Origin: a virus
Lineage: Duplodnaviria; Caudoviricetes
Length of the DNA stretch: 33,239 nucleotides
IMG/VR virus record: IMGVR_UViG_3300033067_000550
Coordinates: 1 to 33,239 of that record
Reading direction: 5' to 3' (one strand)
Shown here: positions 14,722 through 23,604 of the stretch, piece by piece
Position numbering within the stretch: the stretch's first letter is position 1
Layout: each line of letters begins with the position of its first letter
Notes under the pieces: model-generated
What the model saw: only the letters and a program-made list of their open reading frames with translations
What the model was told of the DNA's origin: nothing
The model's database searches: none
Program-made: the position numbers and the translations under genes

Positions 14722-16880
14722 CAGTTTTGCGCAGTGCGTTGTGGGATGCGGCTGTGCGCCCGGTACAGGGCCTCGACTGCGGCATCGGTAACGGGGCGAC
14801 CGGCGCGCTTGAGGGCGGCCTCGATCTGGGTGCGTTCGTTGTCAGGGATCTGCACGGCGTCCTTGCCGGTCACCAGTCCAGCAGGCTTGTCCGTGCCAAA
14901 GCCCAGGAAGCCACTGGTGCGCACGGGCTTGAACAACTGCGCCGCTTCCTCGCGCAGCTCGGCCGCGCCCAGCTTCTTGCCGGTCAAGCGCTCCCGTGCG
15001 TCGATGCGCTGCTGGAAAGCGGCCTGCAATCGGCCCACCTTGGCGGCCTCGCTGTCGTCGCCCTTGCCGGGCTTGGGTGTCGGGTCCATGCCCGCCTGCA
15101 GCAGGAAGCCGTTCAGCACCTCCTTGGCGCTTTGCAGTTGGGTCAGGTCCTCGCCCTTGGGGTTGTTGAGCTTGCCCTGGTGCTCGGTCAGCTGCTTGAA
15201 CTCCGATTCGCCCAGCTTGTGGCGCAGCGCCCCGAGGTTCACCTGCTTGAGCAGTTGCGGGTCGGATGCCAGGGAGTAATACAGCCCCCAGTCGGTGGCG
15301 ATTGGTTCGCCCTTTGCCAGCTTGCTGGCAAACCCCATCAGGTCGTCGAACTTGCCCGGGTCGATGCGGTTGCGCACGGACATCGGCAGGCTGTTCATGT
15401 CGCCCTTGTTGGCGATCAGCAGCCGCTGCGCATCGGCCAGGGACTGGTCCTGCCCATCCTTGTAAGACTTGCTCAGGGCTTCCCACTGACGCGTGGCTTC
15501 TTGCACCGCGTGCTGCACCACTTGGGGCCGGGCGTCCGCGCCAAGGGACGTGCGCACCCGGTCCTGCACGTCGGCCAGGGTCGGGGCTTGCGGGCGACCC
15601 ATGCCGCCCTCCAGGGCCTTGGTGTTGGCTGCCACGTAGGCTTGCGTTTCGTTGGGCATGAACGTGAGCCAGGAAGCCCCGGGGGTCGGGCTGGCCTTGG
15701 CGCGCATCAGGGCCTCGTCGAGCCTGCCGGGCCCTGCGTTGTACGCAGCCCAGGCCATGGCCGGGTCACCGTCGTACCGCTTGAGCATGGCCTGCAGGTA
15801 ATCGCGCCCCACACGGGCGCGCTCCTCGGGGCTGTTGTCCTTGGCGGGCTTGACGCCGAAACCGGGGTCCTTGTTGGTGCCGTCCAGCACCTGCATCTCG
15901 CCACGGGCGCCCGCGGGACTGGTCAGCAGTTTGCCGTCGGGACCGTACCGCTTGCCGCCGCTTTCGGCTTGCAGCGTGATGTTCACCATGCGGCCGAAGT
16001 CCGTGGGGGCCAGGTCAGGGGCCAGGGACCGGACTGCACCACTGGCAGCCTGCACACCGGCGCGCAGATCCATCTCCTTGGTGATCGCGCCCTGAGTGTG
16101 CAGGATGTCGTCCGCCGTCATTTGCCCGCGGTACTTCTTGAGGTAGCCGTCGGCGAACGCCGCGTCGTTGCGCTCCAGTGCGGTGCCCAGGGCCATGCGG
16201 TGCGCGTTGCTTGCTGCCCGGCGCACCTGGTCGTCGGCCTGCTCTTGCGACAAGCCCATCTCGCGGGCTTTCATCCGGGTGGCTGCCTCGATGGACTTGA
16301 CACCCTGGTCAACGAGACCGCCCTCTTTCACGTCGTTGTAGTTCAGGGCGATCTGCTGCTGCGCGGTGCTCACTGCCCCGTCGTAGGTGCTGATCTTGTA
16401 GGTCTTGAACTCGCCGGCCGTGTGCCGCTGTGCATCCCCATAGAGCTGGGTCTGCATGTTGGCAGTCGCACGGCGGAACATCTCGCGCTGTTGCTCGTTG
16501 CCCAGTTCCTGCTCAAGCGGGGCCAGTTGCTCCTTGAACTTGCCCACGTACTCGTCGGCCAGGTTCTGGTTGTCCGGCCGGCGCAGGGCCGCGTCGCCCT
16601 TGAGGTTCAAGTAGCCCGTGTCCTTGCCATACTGCAAGTCGAACATGCGTTCTTTGGCCTTGTTCACCGCGTCGATGACCCGGGTCTCGTTGGCCTCTTT
16701 CACGGCATCCGCTGCCAATCGGGCCAGCGTGCCGCCCGACTGCTGCAGGGCCTGCCCCATTTGCTGGGTCTGCCGGGCGTTGATCTCACCTGCGTCAGGA
16801 GCCTGCGCCGGGTTGAACCGCACCGAAGGCTGCGCCGATGGCGCCGCCTGGAAATTGTTGTATTCGGGAACGCGTGGCAT
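14721..16880 (-). CDS. Internal virion (ejection) protein with soluble lytic transglycosylase domain
   Basis: QAESGG...SPAGARGEMQV...AAYNAGPGR...ETQAYV SLT motifs within an alpha-helical protein. Confidence 0.88.
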   Translation of the reverse strand: MPRVPEYNNFQAAPSAQPSVRFNPAQAPDAGEINARQTQQMGQALQQSGGTLARLAADAVKEANETRVIDAVNKAKERMFDLQYGKDTGYLNLKGDAALRRPDNQNLADEYVGKFKEQLAPLEQELGNEQQREMFRRATANMQTQLYGDAQRHTAGEFKTYKISTYDGAVSTAQQQIALNYNDVKEGGLVDQGVKSIEAATRMKAREMGLSQEQADDQVRRAASNAHRMALGTALERNDAAFADGYLKKYRGQMTADDILHTQGAITKEMDLRAGVQAASGAVRSLAPDLAPTDFGRMVNITLQAESGGKRYGPDGKLLTSPAGARGEMQVLDGTNKDPGFGVKPAKDNSPEERARVGRDYLQAMLKRYDGDPAMAWAAYNAGPGRLDEALMRAKASPTPGASWLTFMPNETQAYVAANTKALEGGMGRPQAPTLADVQDRVRTSLGADARPQVVQHAVQEATRQWEALSKSYKDGQDQSLADAQRLLIANKGDMNSLPMSVRNRIDPGKFDDLMGFASKLAKGEPIATDWGLYYSLASDPQLLKQVNLGALRHKLGESEFKQLTEHQGKLNNPKGEDLTQLQSAKEVLNGFLLQAGMDPTPKPGKGDDSEAAKVGRLQAAFQQRIDARERLTGKKLGAAELREEAAQLFKPVRTSGFLGFGTDKPAGLVTGKDAVQIPDNERTQIEAALKRAGRPVTDAAVEALYRAHSRIPQRTAQN

Positions 16881-17393
16881 TTACTTGCCTTTCGTGCCGG
16901 TGTACCAGGAGCTGGCCACCTGCGTGGCTCCGTTCAGTAGCGTCGAAGCGGCGGCCATGTTGGGGTTGATCGCGCGCGCTGCGGTGCGCTTGCCCATGGC
17001 GTCAATCTGCAGGTTTGTGGCCTGGGTGCGCTGGCCCCATGCCGCGCGCACGGCATTGGCGTTGATCGTGTTGGCGTCCGACTCCCCCAGTACGTCGGTG
17101 CTGGTCAGGATCTCGGCCGCGCTGCCCTCGGTCAGGTCCACGCCATTGGCAGCCAGGGCGACCCGCTGCGCGCTTTTCATTTGCGCCGTCTGCAGGCGGG
17201 AGCGTTGCTCCTCGCGCTGCCCTTGAAACAGGATCGACTGCGCGGAACTCTCGGCCAGGCGAGCGTTGATGTCGTCAAGTTGGGCCTGGAACTCCAGAGA
17301 TGCTTTTTGTGACTTGGCCCCGTAGTAAGCGCCCACGGTGCTGCTGGCCGCGCCCGTTGCCTGCATCCCTACTGCTGCCATAACCATGGACAT
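16881..17393 (-). CDS. Small internal virion (ejection) protein
   Basis: Ala/Gly-rich N-terminus, Q...AANGVD..EGSA motif; AGGAGG RBS; synteny between nozzle and SLT protein. Confidence 0.8.
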   Translation of the reverse strand: MSMVMAAVGMQATGAASSTVGAYYGAKSQKASLEFQAQLDDINARLAESSAQSILFQGQREEQRSRLQTAQMKSAQRVALAANGVDLTEGSAAEILTSTDVLGESDANTINANAVRAAWGQRTQATNLQIDAMGKRTAARAINPNMAAASTLLNGATQVASSWYTGTKGK

Positions 17394-17416
17394 GTCCGCC
17401 CTCCTGTGCTGCCTGC

Positions 17417-17448
17417 ACTGTGGGCCGGGCCGTGCCCGGCATGTGCAC
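17417..17448 (-). promoter_or_regulatory. Putative late promoter C (GTGCAC-N20-CACAGT)
   Basis: Intergenic, upstream of the ejection protein genes; the spacer contains a GCCGGGC/GCCCGGC inverted repeat. Confidence 0.7.
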
Positions 17449-19676
17449 TACCCCCCGACAGACACCTCAAGGGTCAGGGACGAGATGGTCAAAGGCGTGG
17501 GGGAGTCGTGGCGCACGCACACCTGCCCGCCCGACTGCCAACTGGGAGACAGGGTCAGCTTGATCTCGTCGGACACCAAGGTCGGAGGCGTGCCCAGGGG
17601 TTCGTTGCTGCGCTGCTTGTGCTCGGTCAGCTTGGCAAAGGTTGGGCCGACCTTGACGCCCGAACTGCGGTACAGGCGCAGCCACACCCCGTTCACGTTC
17701 TTGATCCGGCCCTGTCCGAACGCTTCACCCTGGTAGACCAGGGGCAAGGTCTGCAGATCCGCCACGATGGGTAGCCCAACGGTGATCGTGCTGGCCGGGT
17801 TGTCCAAGGTCACGGCCCCGCTGGTGACCACCTTGTCGGGGAACACTGCGCCGTCGCCCAGGATGCTGACCGTGCGCCCTTCCAGGTGGCCCAGGCCCGT
17901 GACCGTGGTGGCCGCCGTGCCGGTGTAGGTCAGGCTGGAATCGAGGAACACCGAATTAACCAGGTCGTACTGGGGCGCGGTTTCGTCCTCTTCGTCTTCC
18001 AAGGTCGGGTACTGACGGGCCGCGAACCGCTCCACGTAGGTCTTGACGTTGCCCCCGATCGTGCGCTTGACCGCCACATACACCGCATCGTCATCGCCCT
18101 CAGTGACCACGCACACCGATACGAACGTGTCGCCGTCGCCGGTGTCCTGGTAGTGCCAGGCACCGATCCTCTGCTCGGGGATGTAGGTCAGTGTCAGCAG
18201 CCGCCCGCTGCTGCTCACCACCCACACGATGGGGAACGGGGCCTTGGAGTAGGCCATGTCCTTGATCGTGCGACGTGCGAACAGGTGGGGCGCGCGCAGA
18301 CTCAGATCGCCCGTGATGTACCCGCCTGCGTTGTTGTCGTAGGCCATTTCTCGCAGGTGCCCGCCCCGGGCTGCGGCGAACAGAATGTTGTTGTTCACGA
18401 CCACGGGCTGCACGTTGCTGGAGCCCACGTAAGACTGGGGCTTGACCGATAGGCTTGTGGGTGTGATGGCGTCCGAACTCACCGAGGACACGCGCCACTC
18501 GGCCGCATTGGACAGCAGCACCAGGTTCACCAGGGGCACCGCGTGCAGCACGGTGTTGACCTGCCGCGCCGAGATCCGAAACACCACGCGGTCGTCGTCC
18601 CGGGTCGGGATCGAGTAGTTCAGATTCGACTCGGTGCCCGTGCGCGTCATCCACAGGTTCTGTGGTTTGTTCGTGGTGCCTGCAAACACCCGGCGCTGCT
18701 CGAAGTAGGACACCGCCCGGGGGTAGTTGCTCGTACTGCCGAACGGGTTGTCGTTGATGGGCGGGGTCTTGGCCAGGTCGGGCGTGATGTTGTCGTCGGT
18801 GAAGGTCAGCGCATCGGTCTCGCCGATGTAGCCATACAGCCCATTGCTTTGCAAATACACCGAGTAGCGCACCGCACCCGTGGAGGCCGACCAGGTGATC
18901 GCGTTCGACGCCCCGGTGCTCAACAGGTTATTGTTCAGCGTGACCACGGCGGACGCCACGGACTCCTCGCCTGCCTCGTTCTTTGCCGTGATCACATACT
19001 TGTAATCGCGATAGGGCCCCGCTGCCGTGGTGGCCGTGCCGCCCGTGCCCGTGGGTGCCAGGATGCTGGGGGCGAAAGACACGTCGACCAGTGTCCACTC
19101 GGTGGCCCCGAGGCGTCGCAGTTCGCGCACCGGGTAGCTCGGATGGGTGATGGTCAGCACGTCCGCAGACTGGACGAAATGCAGGTCGAACAGATCGCCC
19201 TGCGCGTAGCTTGTCGGGATCTCATAAGCGTCACTCGGCAGGGGGTACCAGTACGCCGCATTGGGGGGTGCGTTGCCCGTGGTCGGGGCGATGCAGTAGT
19301 AATTCGTGGCCCCTGACGACACCAGCTTGCCCACTGTGTACGCCGTCGCCCCGTTGTAGGCTGCCGGGCTACCCGCGAGCACCGTGGCGCCCAGCGTGTG
19401 AAAGCGGATATACCCGGCACCGAACTCAAGGGCCAGGGTCTGTGTGACCGAGAACTCGAACGGGATCAGGCGCACATCGACGCCGGTGTCGCCCAGTTTG
19501 GCCTTGCGCACGAACTGGGTGCCGGGGCGATTAGCCGCGGGCCCGTGGGGCAAGGTGACGAAGTTGCGGCACTTGGCCAGGCCAGTCTGGAACGTCGAGT
19601 CACCGATCTGCGCCCAGAACTCAGGGGTGACAACACCGCCAGAGAACGATCGGGAGAAGCTGCGCACGTTGCTCAT
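17448..19676 (-). CDS. Tail tubular protein B / tail nozzle
   Basis: SFSGG..TP, N...PHG...RPGT.F, RLIPFEFS, QSADVL, YP..VSYFEQR, YVERF, LDS motifs; 742 aa beta-rich. Confidence 0.88.
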   Translation of the reverse strand: MSNVRSFSRSFSGGVVTPEFWAQIGDSTFQTGLAKCRNFVTLPHGPAANRPGTQFVRKAKLGDTGVDVRLIPFEFSVTQTLALEFGAGYIRFHTLGATVLAGSPAAYNGATAYTVGKLVSSGATNYYCIAPTTGNAPPNAAYWYPLPSDAYEIPTSYAQGDLFDLHFVQSADVLTITHPSYPVRELRRLGATEWTLVDVSFAPSILAPTGTGGTATTAAGPYRDYKYVITAKNEAGEESVASAVVTLNNNLLSTGASNAITWSASTGAVRYSVYLQSNGLYGYIGETDALTFTDDNITPDLAKTPPINDNPFGSTSNYPRAVSYFEQRRVFAGTTNKPQNLWMTRTGTESNLNYSIPTRDDDRVVFRISARQVNTVLHAVPLVNLVLLSNAAEWRVSSVSSDAITPTSLSVKPQSYVGSSNVQPVVVNNNILFAAARGGHLREMAYDNNAGGYITGDLSLRAPHLFARRTIKDMAYSKAPFPIVWVVSSSGRLLTLTYIPEQRIGAWHYQDTGDGDTFVSVCVVTEGDDDAVYVAVKRTIGGNVKTYVERFAARQYPTLEDEEDETAPQYDLVNSVFLDSSLTYTGTAATTVTGLGHLEGRTVSILGDGAVFPDKVVTSGAVTLDNPASTITVGLPIVADLQTLPLVYQGEAFGQGRIKNVNGVWLRLYRSSGVKVGPTFAKLTEHKQRSNEPLGTPPTLVSDEIKLTLSPSWQSGGQVCVRHDSPTPLTISSLTLEVSVGG

Positions 19677-20299
19677 CGGCGGGCCTGCACAGAGCTGGGG
19701 GTGAACTCGCGGCTGGTCTTTTGCTGCGAGGCATCCGACACGTTGGCCTTGGCCATCCAGGCGGCTGCGAGCTGCAGCTGCGCCTTACCCTCGGCGCGGC
19801 CTGCGTCACCCTTGAGCACGGGCCCGGCGAGCGCGGCCGCCAGTTGGTGCGAGATGGCAGTGATGACCAGGGGCGAGAACTTCGCGGTGTCGGTTACCCG
19901 CACCACGTACTTGATGACCGCATCGGGCTCGTTGGTGAGGATCACCTCGGTGCCGTCGTCCAGGGACTCCAGGGCGTACTCCCGGGGCACGATGCCCAAG
20001 GCGTCCACGGTGTCGCTGGTAGCGTCAGCAGGCAACACGGCCAGCACACGCAAGCACTGCGATGGCTTGGCGTAGGCGTAGGTCCATGCCGCGGTCGGCG
20101 AGGTCAGCAGGCCCATGCTGGCGCGACGGGTCGCGAAACTCGGGGCCATCATTTGCAGCACCGAATCCCGCGCGATGGGGTAGAACCGTGCGCAGTGGTC
20201 CGCCTGCGGCGAACCCTCGGGCGGGTCGATCGTCACCACGCTGGCCTCGTCACCCAGGTGGCTTAGTGCCAGGTTGCAGATGTCGGTATCGCTTGCCAT
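19673..20299 (-). CDS. Tail tubular protein A / head-tail adaptor
   Basis: MAS..DICNLALSHLG...C..FY..ARD..L...W.YAY.KP..CLR signature. Confidence 0.88.
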   Translation of the reverse strand: MASDTDICNLALSHLGDEASVVTIDPPEGSPQADHCARFYPIARDSVLQMMAPSFATRRASMGLLTSPTAAWTYAYAKPSQCLRVLAVLPADATSDTVDALGIVPREYALESLDDGTEVILTNEPDAVIKYVVRVTDTAKFSPLVITAISHQLAAALAGPVLKGDAGRAEGKAQLQLAAAWMAKANVSDASQQKTSREFTPSSVQARR

Positions 20300-20312
20300 G
20301 CGCGGCCCCTAG

Positions 20313-20336
20313 AAAAGAGGGGGCCGCAGCCCCCTC
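20313..20336 (-). terminator. Rho-independent terminator after the capsid genes
   Basis: GAGGGGGC-TGCG-GCCCCCTC-TTTT on the - strand. Confidence 0.8.
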
Positions 20337-20358
20337 AGTACTTCCCACTGCGAAGAGA

Positions 20359-20544
20359 TCAGGCCAGGTCTTTGTCGACGGCCTTGGCCTTCTTGATCGG
20401 CTGCACCGAACTGCCGGGCGTGATCTTGGTGTTGGCGGGCAGTTCGATCGTGTCGCCCTTGACATAAAAGCGGCATTCGGTCGAGTGCCACAACTTATCC
20501 GCGACCACCTCGAACTTTTCAAGGAGAACTTGTTTTTCAGCCAT
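20359..20544 (-). CDS. Small hypothetical virion-associated protein
   Basis: AGGAG RBS; fills the gap between the cement gene and the terminator. Confidence 0.7.
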   Translation of the reverse strand: MAEKQVLLEKFEVVADKLWHSTECRFYVKGDTIELPANTKITPGSSVQPIKKAKAVDKDLA

Positions 20545-20557
20545 GTTTCAGCTCCTG

Positions 20558-21010
20558 TTAGGCGACAGTGAAGCCGCTGGCGTAGGACTTCGTGCCGGTC
20601 GCTTCGGTGTCGGTGATGTAGCAGGTGAACGCGCCAGCGGTCAGCGGGCCCGTGGCCACCGCGTACTGCACGCCCAGGTAACGCTGGCCCAGGGGCAGCG
20701 AGGTCAGGGCCTGCGGCGACAGGCAGATCGAGATGGGCGCGCGGCCCGCCACCAGGTCAGCCTTGGGGATGGCATCGGTGCTGCCGATGATCGTGGGGCT
20801 GGACAGGTTGGAGCTGGCCGAGGTGATCACCTGGAATGTGACGGTGGCCGACCCCGAAGCGGTGGCCGAGGTGTCCACCCCGAAAACCGCATACAGATCG
20901 TTGCCCACGCCCACGTCGCGGGCAGTGGACAGGTCGATCGTGTTGGTCGACACCGCCGTGGAGGTGACAGCCTGCGCGCTGGACAGATTGAGGAGTGCGT
21001 CGAGCATCAT
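20558..21010 (-). CDS. Capsid cement/decoration protein (Bbp16-like)
   Basis: Likely start ATG 21010 after GGAGG; M.LD..L..S.AQAVT.TA.STN.IDL ... RYL...Y.V..GP.TAG motif; follows the capsid gene. Confidence 0.85.
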   Translation of the reverse strand: MMLDALLNLSSAQAVTSTAVSTNTIDLSTARDVGVGNDLYAVFGVDTSATASGSATVTFQVITSASSNLSSPTIIGSTDAIPKADLVAGRAPISICLSPQALTSLPLGQRYLGVQYAVATGPLTAGAFTCYITDTEATGTKSYASGFTVA

Positions 21011-21024
21011 GGTGGTGCCTCCGA

Positions 21025-22044
21025 TCAAGAAACGACGGTTTCAGCGATGCCCAACTGGTCCACACCGCGGAACGGGATGCCCAGGAAAGACAGCTGATTG
21101 ATGGTTTGGCCGAACTGCGTGGTGGCCTTCTCGATGGACAGCACTTGCTGGCTCTTGTCCTGCGCCTGGATCATCAGACCCTCACGGATCGAACGATTGG
21201 CGTAGAAGGCAGCGCGGCCCATGTTGAAGTTGGGGATGCGAGCGATAGCGCGCACCAGCAGCTTGGTCAGGTTGGTGGCAGCGGTATTGGCTTGGGTGCC
21301 GGTGACGCCGATCCAGTCGGACACGTCGATGTTGGCGATGCGCACGACGTAGCGCCAGTCCTTGACCACCAGGCCGATGTCCTGCTGGAACAGGGAGCGA
21401 GCGGCCTGGTACCAGTTGCCACTGGCGTCTTGCACCGATTCCTCGCCCAGGTCGCGGTTCTGCAGACCGCCGCGCGAACCCTTGGGGTAGGTCGCGAACA
21501 CGGTTTGCTCGCCCCAGACCACCAGGTACACGGATGCGTTGTCAGAGCCAGAGCCGCCGGCCAGGATCACGTTGCCGCCGTTGCCCGCACTGGTCGAGCT
21601 GTAGCGGGTGGCCAAGCCTGTGAAGGTCTTGAGGTCCGAACCCACGTTGCCGCTGAAGATCTTGCCGGCAACTTCTTGGCCCATGGCCTCGATGAACGGC
21701 GATTCTTCAGACAGGCGGAACGCTGCGCTGTTGCCGTTCAAGGTCAACAGTTTGGCGTCGATGTGGCTGCGGGCTTCCAGCATCGCGATCGGTTCTTTGA
21801 CCTGCGCGGTGGTGGACTTGCTGGAGGGCACACCCTGGTTATATGCGCGCCAGTAGACGGCAGGCAAACCAGTGCGCACCGTCACCTGGTGGCTGGTGGG
21901 TTCGTTGGACTCCACCATCACGATGTCCTCAAGGATATCGTTTTGTTGGCTCAACAGTTCGGCAACGGGATCGACTTTGCCGTCGGGGCCCATGCGCTTG
22001 GAAATATCCGCCAGAGTCAACTGGCCAGTAGACAAGACAGCCAT
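21025..22044 (-). CDS. Major capsid protein (BPP-1 Bbp17 / epsilon15 gp7-like)
   Basis: VAELL.Q.N.IL.D, RTGLP...WR..NQGV, F.GLA.RY, GL.VKDWRYVVRIANID, F.GIP.R.VD motifs; AGGAG RBS. Confidence 0.92.
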   Translation of the reverse strand: MAVLSTGQLTLADISKRMGPDGKVDPVAELLSQQNDILEDIVMVESNEPTSHQVTVRTGLPAVYWRAYNQGVPSSKSTTAQVKEPIAMLEARSHIDAKLLTLNGNSAAFRLSEESPFIEAMGQEVAGKIFSGNVGSDLKTFTGLATRYSSTSAGNGGNVILAGGSGSDNASVYLVVWGEQTVFATYPKGSRGGLQNRDLGEESVQDASGNWYQAARSLFQQDIGLVVKDWRYVVRIANIDVSDWIGVTGTQANTAATNLTKLLVRAIARIPNFNMGRAAFYANRSIREGLMIQAQDKSQQVLSIEKATTQFGQTINQLSFLGIPFRGVDQLGIAETVVS

Positions 22045-22057
22045 TTACTGCTCCTGT

Positions 22058-22717
22058 TCAGGGGTTCATGTTGGGGTACATGCGCTGCGCGGCCGACATC
22101 TCCGGCGTCTTCTTGCCGCCGCCCGGCGTGACCAGCGAGTCCTCGCTCATGGCCCTACCAACGCGGATCAGGAACCGGGCCATTTCCGGGTGGTCACCCA
22201 GCTTGGTCTGCTCCAGGAAGTCGCGGAATCCTTCGGTAGCGAACGCATCGCGCGCTTTCTTCGCCACGGCCAGGTTCTCGTCGAGCTTGTCGCCCCCGAT
22301 CTCCTTGTCGGCCTTGGTGTCAGCAAGCCACTGAGCGTGTACTGCAGCCACTTGTTCCTGCGCACGCTTGGCCATTGCGGGGGCCAGCGTTGCGAGCATG
22401 GATTGAGCGGCTTCCTGCGTCAGGTTTTGGCCCTTGGCGAACTCGGCAAAAGCCGCGATCCCCGCGTCGTCCATCGCAGCGCCTTCCGGCGCCTTGAGGT
22501 CATACGATTCAGGGGCCCCTTGTGGCTTGACTTCCGCAGGTTTGCCGTCCGTAGTGGTCGGGGTTGCAGGGTCCGCGTTCGGGGTGGTCTGTGCAGGCGT
22601 AGCGTCAGTCGTTTGCGCGGGTGTGGCCGAAGCCGGTGCGCTCGTGTCTGTGCTCGTGGCCGGTGCGGACTCAGTTGTTTGTGCGCCGCTCGGCTGGGTT
22701 GTCGTTTCAACGGTCAC
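22058..22717 (-). CDS. Capsid scaffolding protein (Bbp18-like)
   Basis: Thr/Pro-rich N-terminus, APE.Y, LTQE.AQ, LGDHPE..R....VGRAMSED, YP.M C-terminus; directly upstream of the capsid gene. Confidence 0.8.
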   Translation of the reverse strand: MTVETTTQPSGAQTTESAPATSTDTSAPASATPAQTTDATPAQTTPNADPATPTTTDGKPAEVKPQGAPESYDLKAPEGAAMDDAGIAAFAEFAKGQNLTQEAAQSMLATLAPAMAKRAQEQVAAVHAQWLADTKADKEIGGDKLDENLAVAKKARDAFATEGFRDFLEQTKLGDHPEMARFLIRVGRAMSEDSLVTPGGGKKTPEMSAAQRMYPNMNP

Positions 22718-23021
22718 CGGTGTTTTCCTTCACCATCAGATCGTGCTGCTCAAGTGCATGCAGGTGGATCTGCTCAAACAGTTCAGTGCCGAACTTCCTG
22801 TATCCCTCGTTGAATGCCATGGTCATGGCGTTGACATTGAAGGAAGGTCGAAAGACACCGGCCTTACTGAGCAGGCGCCAAACGAATCGGCGCCCCCACT
22901 TGCTGCCCATCAACCGGCGCACGTCCTCGATGTCGTTTTGCATCGCCAGCTTGTCCTGCGTGGCTTGCGCCGCACGGGTGGCTTCGATGCTTGACTGGTC
23001 GGTGGCGTTTGCTCGGTTCAC
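22707..23021 (-). CDS. Bbp19-like conserved phage protein
   Basis: D.R.LM....GRRFVWRLL..AGVF..SF.....MAFNEG.R..G signature. Confidence 0.85.
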   Translation of the reverse strand: MNRANATDQSSIEATRAAQATQDKLAMQNDIEDVRRLMGSKWGRRFVWRLLSKAGVFRPSFNVNAMTMAFNEGYRKFGTELFEQIHLHALEQHDLMVKENTGDR

Positions 23022-23218
23022 GTGCGCACTGTGCTGCGCTTGCGCGTGGGTATGTGCACGGGTTTGGTCAGGAGCAACGCGTCCGTGATCTCGCCGGCCG
23101 CTCGCATTTCCGACAGCCTGGATATGGCGCTGCGTTTGCCGCTGGCCATGGCGTAGGCATCCCGCAGGGTGAGAGGCCCCGCCTGCAGCGCGGCCAGGAT
23201 GCGGGATCGGTAGCTCAT
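23018..23218 (-). CDS. Small hypothetical protein, possibly winged-helix
   Basis: Likely start ATG 23218 (ATGA overlap); RILAALQAGPLT...SRLSEM..AG.I resembles a wHTH pattern. Confidence 0.5.
   Translation of the reverse strand: MSYRSRILAALQAGPLTLRDAYAMASGKRSAISRLSEMRAAGEITDALLLTKPVHIPTRKRSTVRT
23028..23059 (-). promoter_or_regulatory. Putative late promoter E (GTGCAC-N20-CACAGT)
   Basis: Hexamer ends 6 nt before the GTG start of the Bbp19-like gene heading the scaffold/capsid genes. Confidence 0.7.
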
Positions 23219-23604
23219 CGGTCGGGGCATATGGCTGCCACCTGATCGTCGGACATGCCCAATTTCTCGCGCAGCTTGTGCCTGTCAGGCCACCACACGG
23301 CCCTCACGCTGGGATCGCAGATGCTGCCCGCTTTGTACTTGGTCAGCGCTGCATTGCCATCGGCCAGGGCGGCGCCACGATCCCACACCCACCAGGCTGC
23401 ATTGATGACGGCGTCGGTGCAGTGGCCGGTTGCGCACGCCACGATCTGCACGTGGCCGTCGCAGTGCCATGCGAGCCACTTGCCTGCTGGGTTGCTGTTG
23501 CCGGTGATCGCCTGCGGAGAGGCTGGCTTGCAATCGAGTTGCTGGGCGTGGGCAGCGCCCAGCGCCAGGGTCAGCAACACGGATGAGATGGCAGCGCGCA
23601 TCAT
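23215..23604 (-). CDS. Secreted/periplasmic Cys-rich hypothetical protein
   Basis: Likely start ATG 23604 (ATGA overlap); MMRAAISSVLLTLALGAAHA-Q signal peptide; six cysteines. Confidence 0.7.
   Translation of the reverse strand: MMRAAISSVLLTLALGAAHAQQLDCKPASPQAITGNSNPAGKWLAWHCDGHVQIVACATGHCTDAVINAAWWVWDRGAALADGNAALTKYKAGSICDPSVRAVWWPDRHKLREKLGMSDDQVAAICPDR

Noticed and set aside
6628-16940. Long + strand ORFs 6628..9300, 12928..15279 and 14727..16940
   Set aside because: Antisense shadows expected from high GC3 codon bias of well-supported - strand genes; no motifs.
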